IMG/VR virus record: IMGVR_UViG_3300035130_000101
Location: 6,304-70,303 of that record
Strand: one strand, 5' to 3'
DNA from: a virus
DNA length: 64,000 bases
Part shown: piece by piece, positions 26,475 to 35,630 of the stretch
How the letters are laid out: the number at the start of each line of letters is the position of its first letter
Position numbering within the stretch: the stretch's first letter is position 1
The notes under the pieces: generated by a model
Databases searched by the model: none
Seen by the model: only the letters and a program-made list of their open reading frames with translations
What the model was told of the DNA's origin: nothing
Program-made: the position numbers and the translations under genes

Positions 26475-26702
26475 TTATTCCCTCCCGGAAAACAGAAAAC
26501 GGGCCGCGTTATAGACCCGTTGCAATATAACCTCTTCGCTTGTCACACCTTGCGCCCAGCGCTTGATCTCAGCCGGAGTGCATCCATCCTTAACCGCCGC
26601 TTCTATTTTCGACAACAGGGCCAGGTGATGCTCTTCCAGTAAAAGATAGTCGCGCTCACATAGGGCGCTTTCGATTTCGGTTTGGTGTGTGCTTTTAGAC
26701 AT
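26475..26702 (-). CDS. hypothetical small protein
   Basis: 75-aa ORF abutting the holin-like gene. Confidence 0.45.
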   Translation of the reverse strand: MSKSTHQTEIESALCERDYLLLEEHHLALLSKIEAAVKDGCTPAEIKRWAQGVTSEEVILQRVYNAARFLFSGRE

Positions 26703-26726
26703 AATACCATTTTAGCACATTGCCCG

Positions 26727-26751
26727 TTTTTTTTCAATAGTGATTGAGAAA
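26727..26751. repeat. palindromic motif, variant copy
   Basis: ttttttttcaatagtgattgagaaa, about 25 nt upstream of the ATG at 26702. Confidence 0.5.
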
Positions 26752-27055
26752 TTATAGGATTTCTAACTTTTTACGAGTAAGCCCGGCGCAACCATCACGC
26801 CGGGCTTGCCTTACACACAAGATTAGCACATTGACATACTATTATGCAAAACCGTTTTCCCCAACGGTTCAACTAGAACTCATTATCTCATCAGCACTCC
26901 TTTCTGTCATACCCACGTTTGCCGTTATCGCCGTCGTTGCACTACCTTGATTCCTACTCCTTAGCCATTCGGTCATCGAGCCAGGGACGGCGGTTGCTTC
27001 ACTCGCCGGCATAGTCCTATACCACTAGGTTTACCCCTGCCGGTGAGGTTAGTCA

Positions 27056-27292
27056 CTATCCTAATGGGTCAAGCCCGGCGCGCTCTCTGACCTGATTGTA
27101 CTCGGCCAGATGCTCGTCACCGTCCGTCCTCATAGCCGGGGCAGTTTCCACACGATAGTCGATAATGGTATTATCAATCATCGCTACCGCTATGCTGATA
27201 CAGTCATCAACATCATCGGTATCGTCGCTATCGATGCCGGTCAATACCTGCTTGATTTCACGCATCTTGTCAATCAACTCTTGGACTGTCAT
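27056..27292 (-). CDS. hypothetical small acidic protein
   Basis: 78-aa ORF. Palindromic motif copy sits 12 nt upstream of the start. Confidence 0.45.
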   Translation of the reverse strand: MTVQELIDKMREIKQVLTGIDSDDTDDVDDCISIAVAMIDNTIIDYRVETAPAMRTDGDEHLAEYNQVRERAGLDPLG

Positions 27293-27303
27293 AGTTCAAC
27301 TCC

Positions 27304-27331
27304 TTTTTCTCAATTGCAATTAAGATTTTTT
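27304..27331. repeat. palindromic motif copy
   Basis: tttttctcaattgcaattaagatttttt. Confidence 0.7.
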
Positions 27332-27874
27332 GCGCCAGCCGTGGGCAGTCGGCTCGCTGTTGAGTTTGCGGTAGTTTAGGTCGATAATCTCTTGCCAGGT
27401 TACGCCAAGTTCGCTGATAAATGGCTCAAGACATCCCCAAATGACTTTTAACCGACTAACGTCAATCCATTGTTTGTCGAGGTAGTCATTTAGAATTGTA
27501 TAGGAGTTTTGCCCCATTACCGCCAATAGCTTTTTGACCGACCACCGATAGTAGTTCTCTCCCTTTATCTGCTCAAGAGAAATATCGGCAATGTAACAGA
27601 TAATCCTTAGATAATATGTGTAATCCCCTGTTTCGTCCAAGACAAGCGGGGTATAAAAGAGTGTCTCGTTATCACACCGGCAATCCCACTGGCTGGCCTC
27701 TCCGCAATTCTTACACTGCCACCAGGAGAATTGCGGCTTAAATCTCTCTTTGCCGTACAAATCCAGCAACTCGCCCGCTTCCCCTGCCAGCTTGATAGCC
27801 GGGTGCAACGGGTCACTGTGGAGAGGATGGTCCTTAGCGTACCAGGTTAGAAGAGCTTTTTCGATGTCGTTCAT
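27320..27874 (-). CDS. MazG-like nucleotide pyrophosphohydrolase with Cys-rich insert
   Basis: AIKLAGEAGELLDLYGKERF (EExxE-type MazG helix). WWQCKNCGEASQWDCRC insert. Confidence 0.5.
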   Translation of the reverse strand: MNDIEKALLTWYAKDHPLHSDPLHPAIKLAGEAGELLDLYGKERFKPQFSWWQCKNCGEASQWDCRCDNETLFYTPLVLDETGDYTYYLRIICYIADISLEQIKGENYYRWSVKKLLAVMGQNSYTILNDYLDKQWIDVSRLKVIWGCLEPFISELGVTWQEIIDLNYRKLNSEPTAHGWRKKS

Positions 27875-29445
27875 ATCATTTTCACCTGTGTAATCTCTTT
27901 CTCAGCTATCTCTAGGTTTTTGCAACCCCTTTCCCAGTAATTTGGCTTAAGTTCAAACAAGATAGCCTTGCGATCCATCTTAACTGCCTGATAACCCTCA
28001 CTCGCGTGACCACCATATGGAGACATTATTATATCTCCCAATTTGGTGTATTCACCGATTAGTTGACCTATTAAATCAAGCTGAAGAGGGCAGATGTGTT
28101 TTTCCTCGCTCTCGTCCTTTTGTTTTGCATATTTTAAGGCATTGGTTATTACATTGGTCTGCCGAATATCCATCAGGCAGTTGGGGTGACTGTCGGGCAA
28201 GCCGTCCAGATCAAACCAGACCGGTGAAGCGTATCGCTGCCACAACAGAATCGAGTAGTAGGTATTGTCTCTCCAACTGACAGGCGGACGATTGCCGACG
28301 TAATCGGAATGCACTTCATTGCCTTTGGTAATCGCCATCTGCCAGGTTCGTTCTTTTTCCTCGATTGTCTGAACTTCGCCGTTTGTCTGAATAATGTCAG
28401 AGTATACCCGCTCAAATGTCTGGTACTCAACATCCGGTGGCCTGATGCTATGCTTGACTACGTTATTCTCAAAGTCACCTTTCCAGTTACGAAACGTGAC
28501 AACGAACGAACCATCAGTCAAGGCGACCCGGCTATGGAATTTCCAGCCGTCAACCGACTCAAACTGCTTGATTATCGAGGCCAACATTCGGGCGGTGCAG
28601 TGGATAGAAGTCAAGCGGCCGGGGGTAGTTTTTCTCAGAATGTCACTGCAAAGAAGATCATCCATATATTTTTTTGTTGACCAGAATGAGTACTGGACCG
28701 GTACCTGCTCGATATTATCAATCCTTCCCCTAATATCAACCCCTAACGGCGTTGAGATATACTCGCCCTCATTAGTCCAGATATGGACCATCCGCTCTAC
28801 GACCTGCGGGTTAAGCGGCGGCAACTTGTCATTGATCTTTTCGCCGCCCTTGTTGAATACCAGGACGTAATCAGCGCAGCCCTGCCGGGTAACTTCGGCC
28901 CGCTCTGAAAAGCTCTTGTGTAGTAGGCCGTAGGTTTTGGTACGTTGCATCTCGATAACCGGGTCTTTCCAGACCGTCATCCATCGCTCGAAATTAAAGC
29001 CGATGGATTCACAGAGGCGGATAATCTCACCGGGGAAGTCATACAGACCGGCATAACCGTGAGATGACATATAGCGCATCGTGTCTTTGCAGTGAACGGC
29101 CATTCGCCCACCATCCTCCAGGACCCTGAACATCTCAGTCAGGTGATAATACCAGCCCTCGAAAAATTGTTCCTCGCTATCGGTGTTGCCCAAATCGGCA
29201 ATGGAGTCAGAATAAATATACAACGCGAGAAAGGGCGGGGAATACGGGATGAATTGAACTGATTTGTCGGGTAAATTCCTCATTCCAAAAACACAATCAG
29301 CCCCATAAAAAGCCCAGTTCTCTCCAAACTTCTGGTCAATTATCTGATTCACTTCATCCTCCCATTCAAAAAGTGGGGCAAGACCATTTCCGTATTGCCC
29401 AGATTGGTTGTCAATTTCTTTTGGTCTATTCGCCACAAACCACAT
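27871..29445 (-). CDS. DNA methyltransferase (N4-C or N6-A, beta-class motif order)
   Basis: IPYSPPF (motif IV, SPPF) near the N-terminus. IMSPYGGHASEGYQA (motif I-like) near the C-terminus. Large middle insert. Confidence 0.6.
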   Translation of the reverse strand: MWFVANRPKEIDNQSGQYGNGLAPLFEWEDEVNQIIDQKFGENWAFYGADCVFGMRNLPDKSVQFIPYSPPFLALYIYSDSIADLGNTDSEEQFFEGWYYHLTEMFRVLEDGGRMAVHCKDTMRYMSSHGYAGLYDFPGEIIRLCESIGFNFERWMTVWKDPVIEMQRTKTYGLLHKSFSERAEVTRQGCADYVLVFNKGGEKINDKLPPLNPQVVERMVHIWTNEGEYISTPLGVDIRGRIDNIEQVPVQYSFWSTKKYMDDLLCSDILRKTTPGRLTSIHCTARMLASIIKQFESVDGWKFHSRVALTDGSFVVTFRNWKGDFENNVVKHSIRPPDVEYQTFERVYSDIIQTNGEVQTIEEKERTWQMAITKGNEVHSDYVGNRPPVSWRDNTYYSILLWQRYASPVWFDLDGLPDSHPNCLMDIRQTNVITNALKYAKQKDESEEKHICPLQLDLIGQLIGEYTKLGDIIMSPYGGHASEGYQAVKMDRKAILFELKPNYWERGCKNLEIAEKEITQVKMI

Positions 29446-30827
29446 TCGGCTACAACCTCGTTCACTCGTTTCTGCATTTTCTTATGTTGCGCTCCCTTGC
29501 GCTTGAGTGACTTGACTATGCCTATCTCCGTTTCCGTGGCGTACATATTGACAACAGACTGCCGGGCATTGCCGAACCGGTCAGTTCTGCCAACGGCCTG
29601 ATACCAGCTCTCCCATTTGTAATTGATAGAAACGAAGTGGTGCCTGGCGCAATGTTGCCAGTTAAGCCCGAGCCCGGCAATGCTATCTTTCGTAATGATA
29701 ATCCGACTATTGCCGGTCGAAAAGGAATCAAGCTTAGCCTCTTTGTTTGCCAGGTTATCTCGGCCTGATACCTCTACTACTTCACCGTTCTTGTAAATAG
29801 CCTGTAGCTCTTTAGCCAGGAGCTTTGATTCATCTTCCAGATCACACCAAACGATATGAGGTTCGCTTGGCTCTTTTTCGACTTCCTCAATCGCACATAT
29901 TACCCGGTCCTGATAGGTGGCTTTCTTCTCTGCCCACATCTCTGTTGATGAAGGCGTATCGGGCAACATCAAATAACGTTGCCCTTTCTTGGTGGTCATA
30001 TCCCAGGCCCGGCGATGGTCAACGTCTAGCGTATGGAATCGGATGTCAAGCGGTGGCCTGATGTATCCCTCATCGCTGCCACCGATATCAGACGGCGTAG
30101 AGATGATACTGGCCCAGGTTGTTACCCAGCGCCAGAAGTCCTTTTCGCCCAACGGCTTAAGAATGTAATTGCCGGCCACCATCTTTTTATCTTTCATCGA
30201 GGCGTTCATAAACCAGTTGGCAATCATCTGGTTGGAGTCCATCACGCCTAATGCCTCGGCGTGATTGCCAAGTTCGAGGAAGTCATTCGGGGAAGGTGTA
30301 GCGGAGCAAAGCAAACCATAGCGGATCTCGTTCATAAATGGCAAAACAAACTTTTTCGTCTCGCCGGTATAGCTCTTGAGAATCGAGCTTTCATCGATAA
30401 CAACACCGCCGTCTTTCCAATGAAACGGCTTGAATTTGCCCCGGAACATATCAAAGTTGACAATGGTTATCGGACAATCTGACAAAACAGCATCGTCATA
30501 ATTCCTGACCTGTTCAATCTCAACGTCAATCTTTCGGGCTTCCCTGACGGTTTGCTTGGCTACGGCTAACGGGCAAACTATCAAGACCGGCGCGCCGGTC
30601 TTTTTGTGTACCTGCTTGGCCCATTCGACCTGCAAGAGCGTTTTCCCTAATCCTCGCTCCCAAAACGCAGCGCCCCGGCCAAGCTTGATTAGCCACTGCA
30701 ATGACCACTGCTGCCAGTCGAATAACATCGGGTTAATATCAGCCAGATCAACGTCAAAACCAACCGGCTTGGCGCTAATCTGTTTACTGATAAGATAATC
30801 CTCATACGTTTCAAATTTTGGTATCAT
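29349..30827 (-). CDS. SNF2/DEAD-box family helicase
   Basis: GLGKTLL (motif I), VVIDESSILK (motif II), LLCSATPSPN (motif III). C-terminal helicase domain with QAVGRTDRFG (motif VI). Confidence 0.7.
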   Translation of the reverse strand: MIPKFETYEDYLISKQISAKPVGFDVDLADINPMLFDWQQWSLQWLIKLGRGAAFWERGLGKTLLQVEWAKQVHKKTGAPVLIVCPLAVAKQTVREARKIDVEIEQVRNYDDAVLSDCPITIVNFDMFRGKFKPFHWKDGGVVIDESSILKSYTGETKKFVLPFMNEIRYGLLCSATPSPNDFLELGNHAEALGVMDSNQMIANWFMNASMKDKKMVAGNYILKPLGEKDFWRWVTTWASIISTPSDIGGSDEGYIRPPLDIRFHTLDVDHRRAWDMTTKKGQRYLMLPDTPSSTEMWAEKKATYQDRVICAIEEVEKEPSEPHIVWCDLEDESKLLAKELQAIYKNGEVVEVSGRDNLANKEAKLDSFSTGNSRIIITKDSIAGLGLNWQHCARHHFVSINYKWESWYQAVGRTDRFGNARQSVVNMYATETEIGIVKSLKRKGAQHKKMQKRVNEVVAECGLWRIDQKKLTTNLGNTEMVLPHFLNGRMK

Positions 30828-30846
30828 AGCTCACTCCTTAATGACT

Positions 30847-30875
30847 ATAATAGCACACCCGCTATTGATTGTCAA
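30847..30875 (-). promoter_or_regulatory. sigma70-type promoter
   Basis: Minus strand TTGACA-17 nt-TATTAT, then an AGGAG SD and the helicase ATG. Confidence 0.65.
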
Positions 30876-31149
30876 TAGTCCTGCCTACTTGCAGATGATG
30901 CGGCAAGACATTGCGCTTTCCAACGATGTCGAGGCCGTCGATCTCCAGGGCCTCGTCATACTGGCCCATATTGACGTAAACGGTCGTTGCTGGCTGGCCG
31001 AACTTGCGCCGGTAGGCAGCAACGGCGGCTTTGATCTTGTCGGCCTGGGTAGTTTTTTTATCGGCGTCGTACCACATCAAAAGCATCGGTTTCCTCTTTT
31101 TGGTAAAGGCCGTTATCGGAATCGGCCCGGTGATAAAATCGGTTAGCAT
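30862..31149 (-). CDS. hypothetical protein
   Basis: 95-aa ORF. Palindromic motif copy lies upstream. Confidence 0.45.
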   Translation of the reverse strand: MLTDFITGPIPITAFTKKRKPMLLMWYDADKKTTQADKIKAAVAAYRRKFGQPATTVYVNMGQYDEALEIDGLDIVGKRNVLPHHLQVGRTIDNQ

Positions 31150-31162
31150 TTTGGTTCACTCC

Positions 31163-31187
31163 TTTTTTTGAATTGCAATTGAAATAA
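31163..31187. repeat. palindromic motif copy
   Basis: tttttttgaattgcaattgaaataa. Confidence 0.7.
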
Positions 31188-32243
31188 TTATGAGTTGATT
31201 TGCCACATCTCCGGCGCTCGATGCGATGGGCCGTCAAAATCGAGCATCTTCCAAGATACTTCCATTACCCTATCAAGCACCGCCCGGCCAAGATAATCCT
31301 CAAGCGCCAAACGGCCCGGCGCTTTCTCCGACATTTCGCCCGGTCCGCAGTTGAATGTCAAGATAGTTGGCATCTCAGCATTGTACCGGTAATTCAGGAC
31401 AGAATAGAGCGTTGACTTCACCCACTCGGACGGCTGCCGCTTGTCTAGGTCGTCTATCACAATGACAAGGCCCTGCTGCAACTCTCGGATGACATCGGCC
31501 TCGGTCTCCTGGCTAATCCGGTTGCCGTCCTCGTCTTTGTCCCACGTACCTTGCAGCCGCTTGAGATATTCGGGCCATACCCGGAAATAGCAATCACGAA
31601 AGCCCCGGTCTATAGCCTCGTGAATGACGGCAGCGGCAAGGTGGCTTTTGCCGGTCCCAACGTTGCCATACATAATCAGCCAGTTATCCCGCTCCCGCTT
31701 GCCGGAAAAGAGCATATCAACGTAAGCCGTCACCTTTTGGCGCAGTTGTTCACTCTCCGGCCAATCGTGGCGAATAGCGTAGCTGTCAAATGTGGCTTGG
31801 CGCAACCAACCAATCAGGCCAGCTTTTGTCAGATGAGCTTCGTACAGGTCGCGCTGTATCTTGTCGGCTTCACGCTCTTTCAGGCGCTTGGTTCGCTCAA
31901 GTGAAGTTCGCCCACGGTCGCAGCCGCAATAGTCCGGCCATATCAGGACGGGCCGAACCACGCCAATAACCTCTTGCTCGATAATGCGAGGAATGAGAAG
32001 GGAGCCGCAAAACTTGCACTTGAGGCCGACGCGCTGGGCGATCTCTTCAGACGATAGCTGTACCAGTTCACGCCGGTAATGTCGCCACGCCTGCCGCCAC
32101 TGTTCGTCTTGGCGCTCGGCTTCCCGGCGCATAGCAGCATAGCGGAGCCGCTCTTGCCGGTCCTCAACCTCTTGCTTTGAAGGCTGCCGTTGCCCTCTTT
32201 GCGATTTCGTCATCTGCTGGTGTAGCCACTTGTTTACGTCCAT
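31188..32243 (-). CDS. DnaC/IstB-like AAA+ helicase loader with N-terminal zinc finger
   Basis: GNVGTGKSHLAAAV (Walker A), LVIVIDDLD (Walker B), CKFC...CGC. Confidence 0.65.
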   Translation of the reverse strand: MDVNKWLHQQMTKSQRGQRQPSKQEVEDRQERLRYAAMRREAERQDEQWRQAWRHYRRELVQLSSEEIAQRVGLKCKFCGSLLIPRIIEQEVIGVVRPVLIWPDYCGCDRGRTSLERTKRLKEREADKIQRDLYEAHLTKAGLIGWLRQATFDSYAIRHDWPESEQLRQKVTAYVDMLFSGKRERDNWLIMYGNVGTGKSHLAAAVIHEAIDRGFRDCYFRVWPEYLKRLQGTWDKDEDGNRISQETEADVIRELQQGLVIVIDDLDKRQPSEWVKSTLYSVLNYRYNAEMPTILTFNCGPGEMSEKAPGRLALEDYLGRAVLDRVMEVSWKMLDFDGPSHRAPEMWQINS

Positions 32244-33006
32244 TTCGGTTCACTCCGTTTGGTTTTTTCTTTGGCTTGTCGGTTATTTGACCGGCAGCAA
32301 GCCAACTATCAAGTATAGCTTTTATGTAAGTCCATTTTCTAACATTGTTTTCCGCTGCCTCTTTTATTGCTTTCTCTACCCAACCAGCCGGACATTCGGC
32401 GGTATAGGTGCGAATATTGTCTGATATAATCTGGCTCAAAGAACCGATATTCTCTTCCCAGGATATGCACGCTTTCTGAAAATCAGTCGGCGGTATAGTA
32501 GTATTTAAACTCTGATTCTGTATCTGTATCTGGTGCGTTTCTTGAAACGTTTCATTTCCGTTTCTTGAAACGTTTCTTTTCGTATATTGATTATGATTAT
32601 CTTCCCCGTCGTCGGTGTCGTCATCACCGTTTTTAGTCTGCTTTCGTCTGTATCTCTTAACGCGCTCGTAGCTGTTATCGCTCTTGAATTGGCGTTGCTC
32701 CCAATTGGTGACAACAAAAATGCCGTCATTGTCGACAAAAAGCATATCAAATTCGACAAATTCACGGCATATTTTGGAAAATTGTCCGTTTTCAAGACCG
32801 ATCTCTGAGCAAATGAAGTCATCTGGTAACGCCGTTCCCTTATTGGAAACGAGCCGGCCGCGCTCCGGTGACTCCCCGGCCAGCATTAAGAGCGATGTCC
32901 ACACCCCAATTATTAGCGGCTTGGGCAGGTTTAACTCAGCCGCAATCATCTTGATCTTCCTGTCTGAAAGTGTCTCTGTGTAAAGTCTTAACCAGGGCAT
33001 CGACAT
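32164..33006 (-). CDS. replisome organizer / DnaD-domain replication initiation protein
   Basis: N-terminal MPWLRLYTETLSDRKI (phage replisome-organizer-like). C-terminal WEENIG...KWTYIKAILDSW (DnaD-like). The gene body contains two iterons. Confidence 0.6.
   Translation of the reverse strand: MSMPWLRLYTETLSDRKIKMIAAELNLPKPLIIGVWTSLLMLAGESPERGRLVSNKGTALPDDFICSEIGLENGQFSKICREFVEFDMLFVDNDGIFVVTNWEQRQFKSDNSYERVKRYRRKQTKNGDDDTDDGEDNHNQYTKRNVSRNGNETFQETHQIQIQNQSLNTTIPPTDFQKACISWEENIGSLSQIISDNIRTYTAECPAGWVEKAIKEAAENNVRKWTYIKAILDSWLAAGQITDKPKKKPNGVNRNGRKQVATPADDEIAKRATAAFKARG
32536..32576. repeat. two iteron copies CGTTTCTTGAAACGTTTC inside the replication-organizer gene
   Basis: Exact 18-mers at 32536-32553 and 32559-32576. 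Internal palindrome GTTTCttGAAAC. Confidence 0.75.
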
Positions 33007-33045
33007 TGAAAAAACCTCTTTCCGTTACACTCGTTGTTTCAAGAC

Positions 33046-33063
33046 CGTTTCTTGAAACGTTTC
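33046..33063. repeat. third iteron copy upstream of the replication-organizer gene
   Basis: Exact CGTTTCTTGAAACGTTTC, preceded by the partial cgttgtttcaagac. Confidence 0.75.
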
Positions 33064-33080
33064 ATTATCCATTAAAGAAA

Positions 33081-33105
33081 CCTCAATTGCGATTGAAATA
33101 AAAAA
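33081..33105. repeat. palindromic motif copy
   Basis: cctcaattgcgattgaaataaaaaa, between terminator 33101-33193 and the replication genes. Confidence 0.7.
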
Positions 33106-33193
33106 GCCCCTTTATCAAGCCGGCCCGGACAGGGTGGTTTTTTGTCCGGGGCTGGCCGGCCCCGGAGGGCCGGCTTGATAAAAGAGCCTTTTT
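33101..33193 (-). terminator. large branched GC-rich hairpin with flanking A/T runs
   Basis: Outer arms CTTTATCAAGCCGGCCC / GGGCCGGCTTGATAAAAG. Inner hairpins CCGGACA...TGTCCGG and CCGGGGC...GCCCCGG. T-run on the minus strand. Confidence 0.65.
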
Positions 33194-33323
33194 AATTAAG
33201 GTGTATTTGATTATTAGAGAGCGTCTATTGCTCACCTTATCCCTGTCCCTTTTGCCGCTTTGACCTCTCGGCCCCGGTTTGCCAGACCGGACGGCGTTAA
33301 ACGTACTTTATCTTACACTGATT

Positions 33324-33352
33324 ATTATACCGCGCCTTAACAAAATTGTCAA
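33324..33352 (-). promoter_or_regulatory. sigma70-type promoter (consensus)
   Basis: Minus strand ACTATTGACA-17 nt-TATAAT. Confidence 0.7.
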
Positions 33353-33393
33353 TAGTGTTCATAAGTCAATTATAGCGGAGTTAGCGCCGGGTG

Positions 33394-33672
33394 TCAAGGC
33401 TGAGTTTTTCGACTGTGATACTCCTGATGACACCGATGGCACAAACAAGTCAAGTCCCCTGGCTCTTCTCGCCCCAGCCGCTCATACGTTCGGTGGTGCG
33501 CTTCCAGCCGATCCGGGCTATTGCACAACTGACAACGATAGCCGGCGCGCCGTTTGCACTCGTCGGCCCGTTTACGCCAAGCGTCGGACTGGATGTAGCG
33601 GTGATAGTCCGGCCGGCGCAAGTAGACCAAGAAAGAGAGAGCGGCTTTAACTTTGGCTATCATATATCCCAA
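33394..33672 (-). CDS. small HNH-like nuclease-fold protein
   Basis: CQLCNSPDRLEAHHRTYERLG...CLCHRCHQEYH. Confidence 0.5.
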   Translation of the reverse strand: MGYMIAKVKAALSFLVYLRRPDYHRYIQSDAWRKRADECKRRAGYRCQLCNSPDRLEAHHRTYERLGREEPGDLTCLCHRCHQEYHSRKTQP

Positions 33673-33922
33673 CCTCTACCACCTGCCCGGCCTCTTTGAC
33701 GATGACCGCATCTCTGGTCAGTTGCAGCGCATTGCCGAAACCAACCTGCACTAACTCGCTTCTCTCGACCAGATGCAAGACGGTCGCCTTTGGCAAACTC
33801 AGCAACCGGGCTACCTGGTCAACGGTCGTGTGGCCCTGGGCGACGGCTACGGCGATGCGTTGCTTTGTGGTCATCTTGGGAATTCGTCCCACGTTCGACC
33901 GTCCAAGATACGTCCGCCCCAA
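33647..33922 (-). CDS. winged-helix/HTH DNA-binding protein
   Basis: HTTVDQVARLLSLPKATVLHLVERS. Confidence 0.45.
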   Translation of the reverse strand: MGRTYLGRSNVGRIPKMTTKQRIAVAVAQGHTTVDQVARLLSLPKATVLHLVERSELVQVGFGNALQLTRDAVIVKEAGQVVEVGIYDSQS

Positions 33923-34575
33923 ACGCCATCAACTTTACGATTGCCGCCGTGCTGTTTGTGAAAATAGGCAATATCATACCTCTGACAATCATCCCTGACT
34001 TGCCTAAACCAGTCAAGATCAGCCGGGCGATAGTTTGGGCCGCTCTCGCCGCCTGAAATTATCCAGTCAATAACAGGACTGTAAGGATAAAAGTCAACCG
34101 GTCCAAGTGCCGGCTCGTAACTGACAAATTTAACGGTCGCAGGAATCTCGTCAAGGGATTCGAGCCGCCATAAATAATCTTTTGCCTCTATGCTGACACC
34201 TAACCAGACATTGGGCCAGCCGTTGCCCCAATCATCCGGCATACAATATCTGGCCCATTCCGGTCTTTTGGTCAAAATCTGGTAGGTTAAATGGGGAGTC
34301 TGCCTGATAATGTCCCAGGCTTCATCTCGCCACGGGTCGGCCTCTTCGATGAAGAAATCTGACCAGGAACAGGTAAAAACTTTGGCCGACTTTTGCCAAG
34401 ATAACGGCTTTCCGAATGTGGCCCGGCTTGATTTAACTATCGTTGCCGGGTCTTGTCCGTATCGTTTTTTGTCCCGATACATATAGCAATTTTTGCAGCC
34501 GGGGCTAACTTTCTGGCAACCTTGCCAGGGATTCCAGGTATGATTCGTCCATTCTATATTGCTATTTTTGCCCAT
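33871..34575 (-). CDS. phage Gp37/Gp68-family protein
   Basis: N-terminal NIEWTNHTWNPWQGCQKVSPGCKNCYM is the hallmark of this family. Confidence 0.65.
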   Translation of the reverse strand: MGKNSNIEWTNHTWNPWQGCQKVSPGCKNCYMYRDKKRYGQDPATIVKSSRATFGKPLSWQKSAKVFTCSWSDFFIEEADPWRDEAWDIIRQTPHLTYQILTKRPEWARYCMPDDWGNGWPNVWLGVSIEAKDYLWRLESLDEIPATVKFVSYEPALGPVDFYPYSPVIDWIISGGESGPNYRPADLDWFRQVRDDCQRYDIAYFHKQHGGNRKVDGVWGGRILDGRTWDEFPR

Positions 34576-34579
34576 ATCA

Positions 34580-34801
34580 TTACCTCAGCCACACGCTAAA
34601 CAGGTCTTTGATCAGTGACCAGTTGTCATTAAGGTCCTGACTATCCAACCCGGCCGCGTGGAGCTTGCCGATCAACGTACCGGTTGGCTGCTCGCCGGCT
34701 TTGATCGCTTGCCAGGCATCAGCGGTGTGTTCATCCATAATGCGACGGATGATAGCACCCTTGTCAGATTTTTTTGAATTGCAATTGAAAGAAAGCGTCA
34801 T
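34580..34801 (-). CDS. hypothetical small protein
   Basis: Met at 34801 has a GGAG SD and an ATGA overlap with the upstream stop, so the palindromic motif then falls in codons 4-9. Met at 34738 is the alternative. Confidence 0.4.
   Translation of the reverse strand: MTLSFNCNSKKSDKGAIIRRIMDEHTADAWQAIKAGEQPTGTLIGKLHAAGLDSQDLNDNWSLIKDLFSVWLR
34769..34794. repeat. palindromic motif copy
   Basis: tttttttgaattgcaattgaaagaaa. Probably inside the first codons of 34580-34801. Confidence 0.65.
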
Positions 34802-34995
34802 TGCACTCGCTCCAATCTGACCGTATGGGCGGGATGGTCGAACTCGAACTCGATAGCTATTTGCGGTGACACAAAAAACCGCTCCAGCTTGGCGCGCACC
34901 TCTTCGGGGCAAAACGCAAAACAGTCGCGGATAACGTCCTCATTATCGGTTTGGTTGACCGGTTGATAGCCGGTCCTGATAAAACGGTAAAGCAT
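34798..34995 (-). CDS. hypothetical small protein
   Basis: 65-aa ORF. Confidence 0.4.
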   Translation of the reverse strand: MLYRFIRTGYQPVNQTDNEDVIRDCFAFCPEEVRAKLERFFVSPQIAIEFEFDHPAHTVRLERVQ

Positions 34996-34998
34996 AGC

Positions 34999-35316
34999 TC
35001 ACTCCTTTGCAAACTTCACTATCGGCAAAATATACCGGTCAGGATTATCGAACATATCAGACGTAAAGCGGAACACACGCCAGCCAAGCAAAACGGCCTG
35101 GTTGTACTTCTCGCAGTCGCCCGTAAAGCCCTTGCCCCTGGTGTGACGGCCACCTGAATGAATACCGCCTTCGATCTCTATGGCAATGAGCTTGTCGGGC
35201 AATGCCCGGTCAAAGCGCCATTTTCGCTCCGGATGAAAGCGGTACTCTTCGACGAGAGCCGGGCCGCCGTAAACTCGCCAGTAATAATCGAAGGTGGCCT
35301 CAAGATCGGTTTTCAT
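34999..35316 (-). CDS. DUF559/Vsr-like endonuclease-fold protein
   Basis: YRFHPERKWRFDRALPDKLIAIEIEGG...LLGWRVFRFT. Met at 35316 preferred. Confidence 0.45.
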   Translation of the reverse strand: MKTDLEATFDYYWRVYGGPALVEEYRFHPERKWRFDRALPDKLIAIEIEGGIHSGGRHTRGKGFTGDCEKYNQAVLLGWRVFRFTSDMFDNPDRYILPIVKFAKE

Positions 35317-35524
35317 CACCGTTGCCGATGGGAACAAACTCAACGTTAACCCGATAACCAACCCCGGCGGCAATTCTGTCCAAGGTATTCAATTGAACAT
35401 TGCGCGGCATATCGTCATCAGCAATTAACTGGCCGATACGATTACGAGATACGCCAACCTCTTTAGCCAATTCATAAACAGGCTTGCGGCTTTTGCGAAC
35501 AATCAAAAATAGCGGATTTAGCAT
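35300..35524 (-). CDS. XRE-family HTH regulator (repressor-like arm of the divergent switch)
   Basis: VYELAKEVGVSRNRIGQLI HTH. GGAGG SD. Consensus promoter at 35546-35574. Confidence 0.6.
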   Translation of the reverse strand: MLNPLFLIVRKSRKPVYELAKEVGVSRNRIGQLIADDDMPRNVQLNTLDRIAAGVGYRVNVEFVPIGNGDENRS

Positions 35525-35545
35525 TTGTTCTTACCTCCACTTGTC

Positions 35546-35574
35546 ATTATAACACAAAAGATTACTTTTGTCAA
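35546..35574 (-). promoter_or_regulatory. sigma70-type promoter (consensus), repressor side of the switch
   Basis: Minus strand TTGACA-17 nt-TATAAT, then a GGAGG SD. Confidence 0.75.
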
Positions 35575-35601
35575 TATATACAATGAAATTGCAAAATAGA
35601 C

Positions 35602-35630
35602 TTGACAATGAAATGGAAATGTGATATAAT
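35602..35630 (+). promoter_or_regulatory. sigma70-type promoter (consensus), early rightward side of the switch
   Basis: TTGACA-17 nt-TATAAT. Confidence 0.75.
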
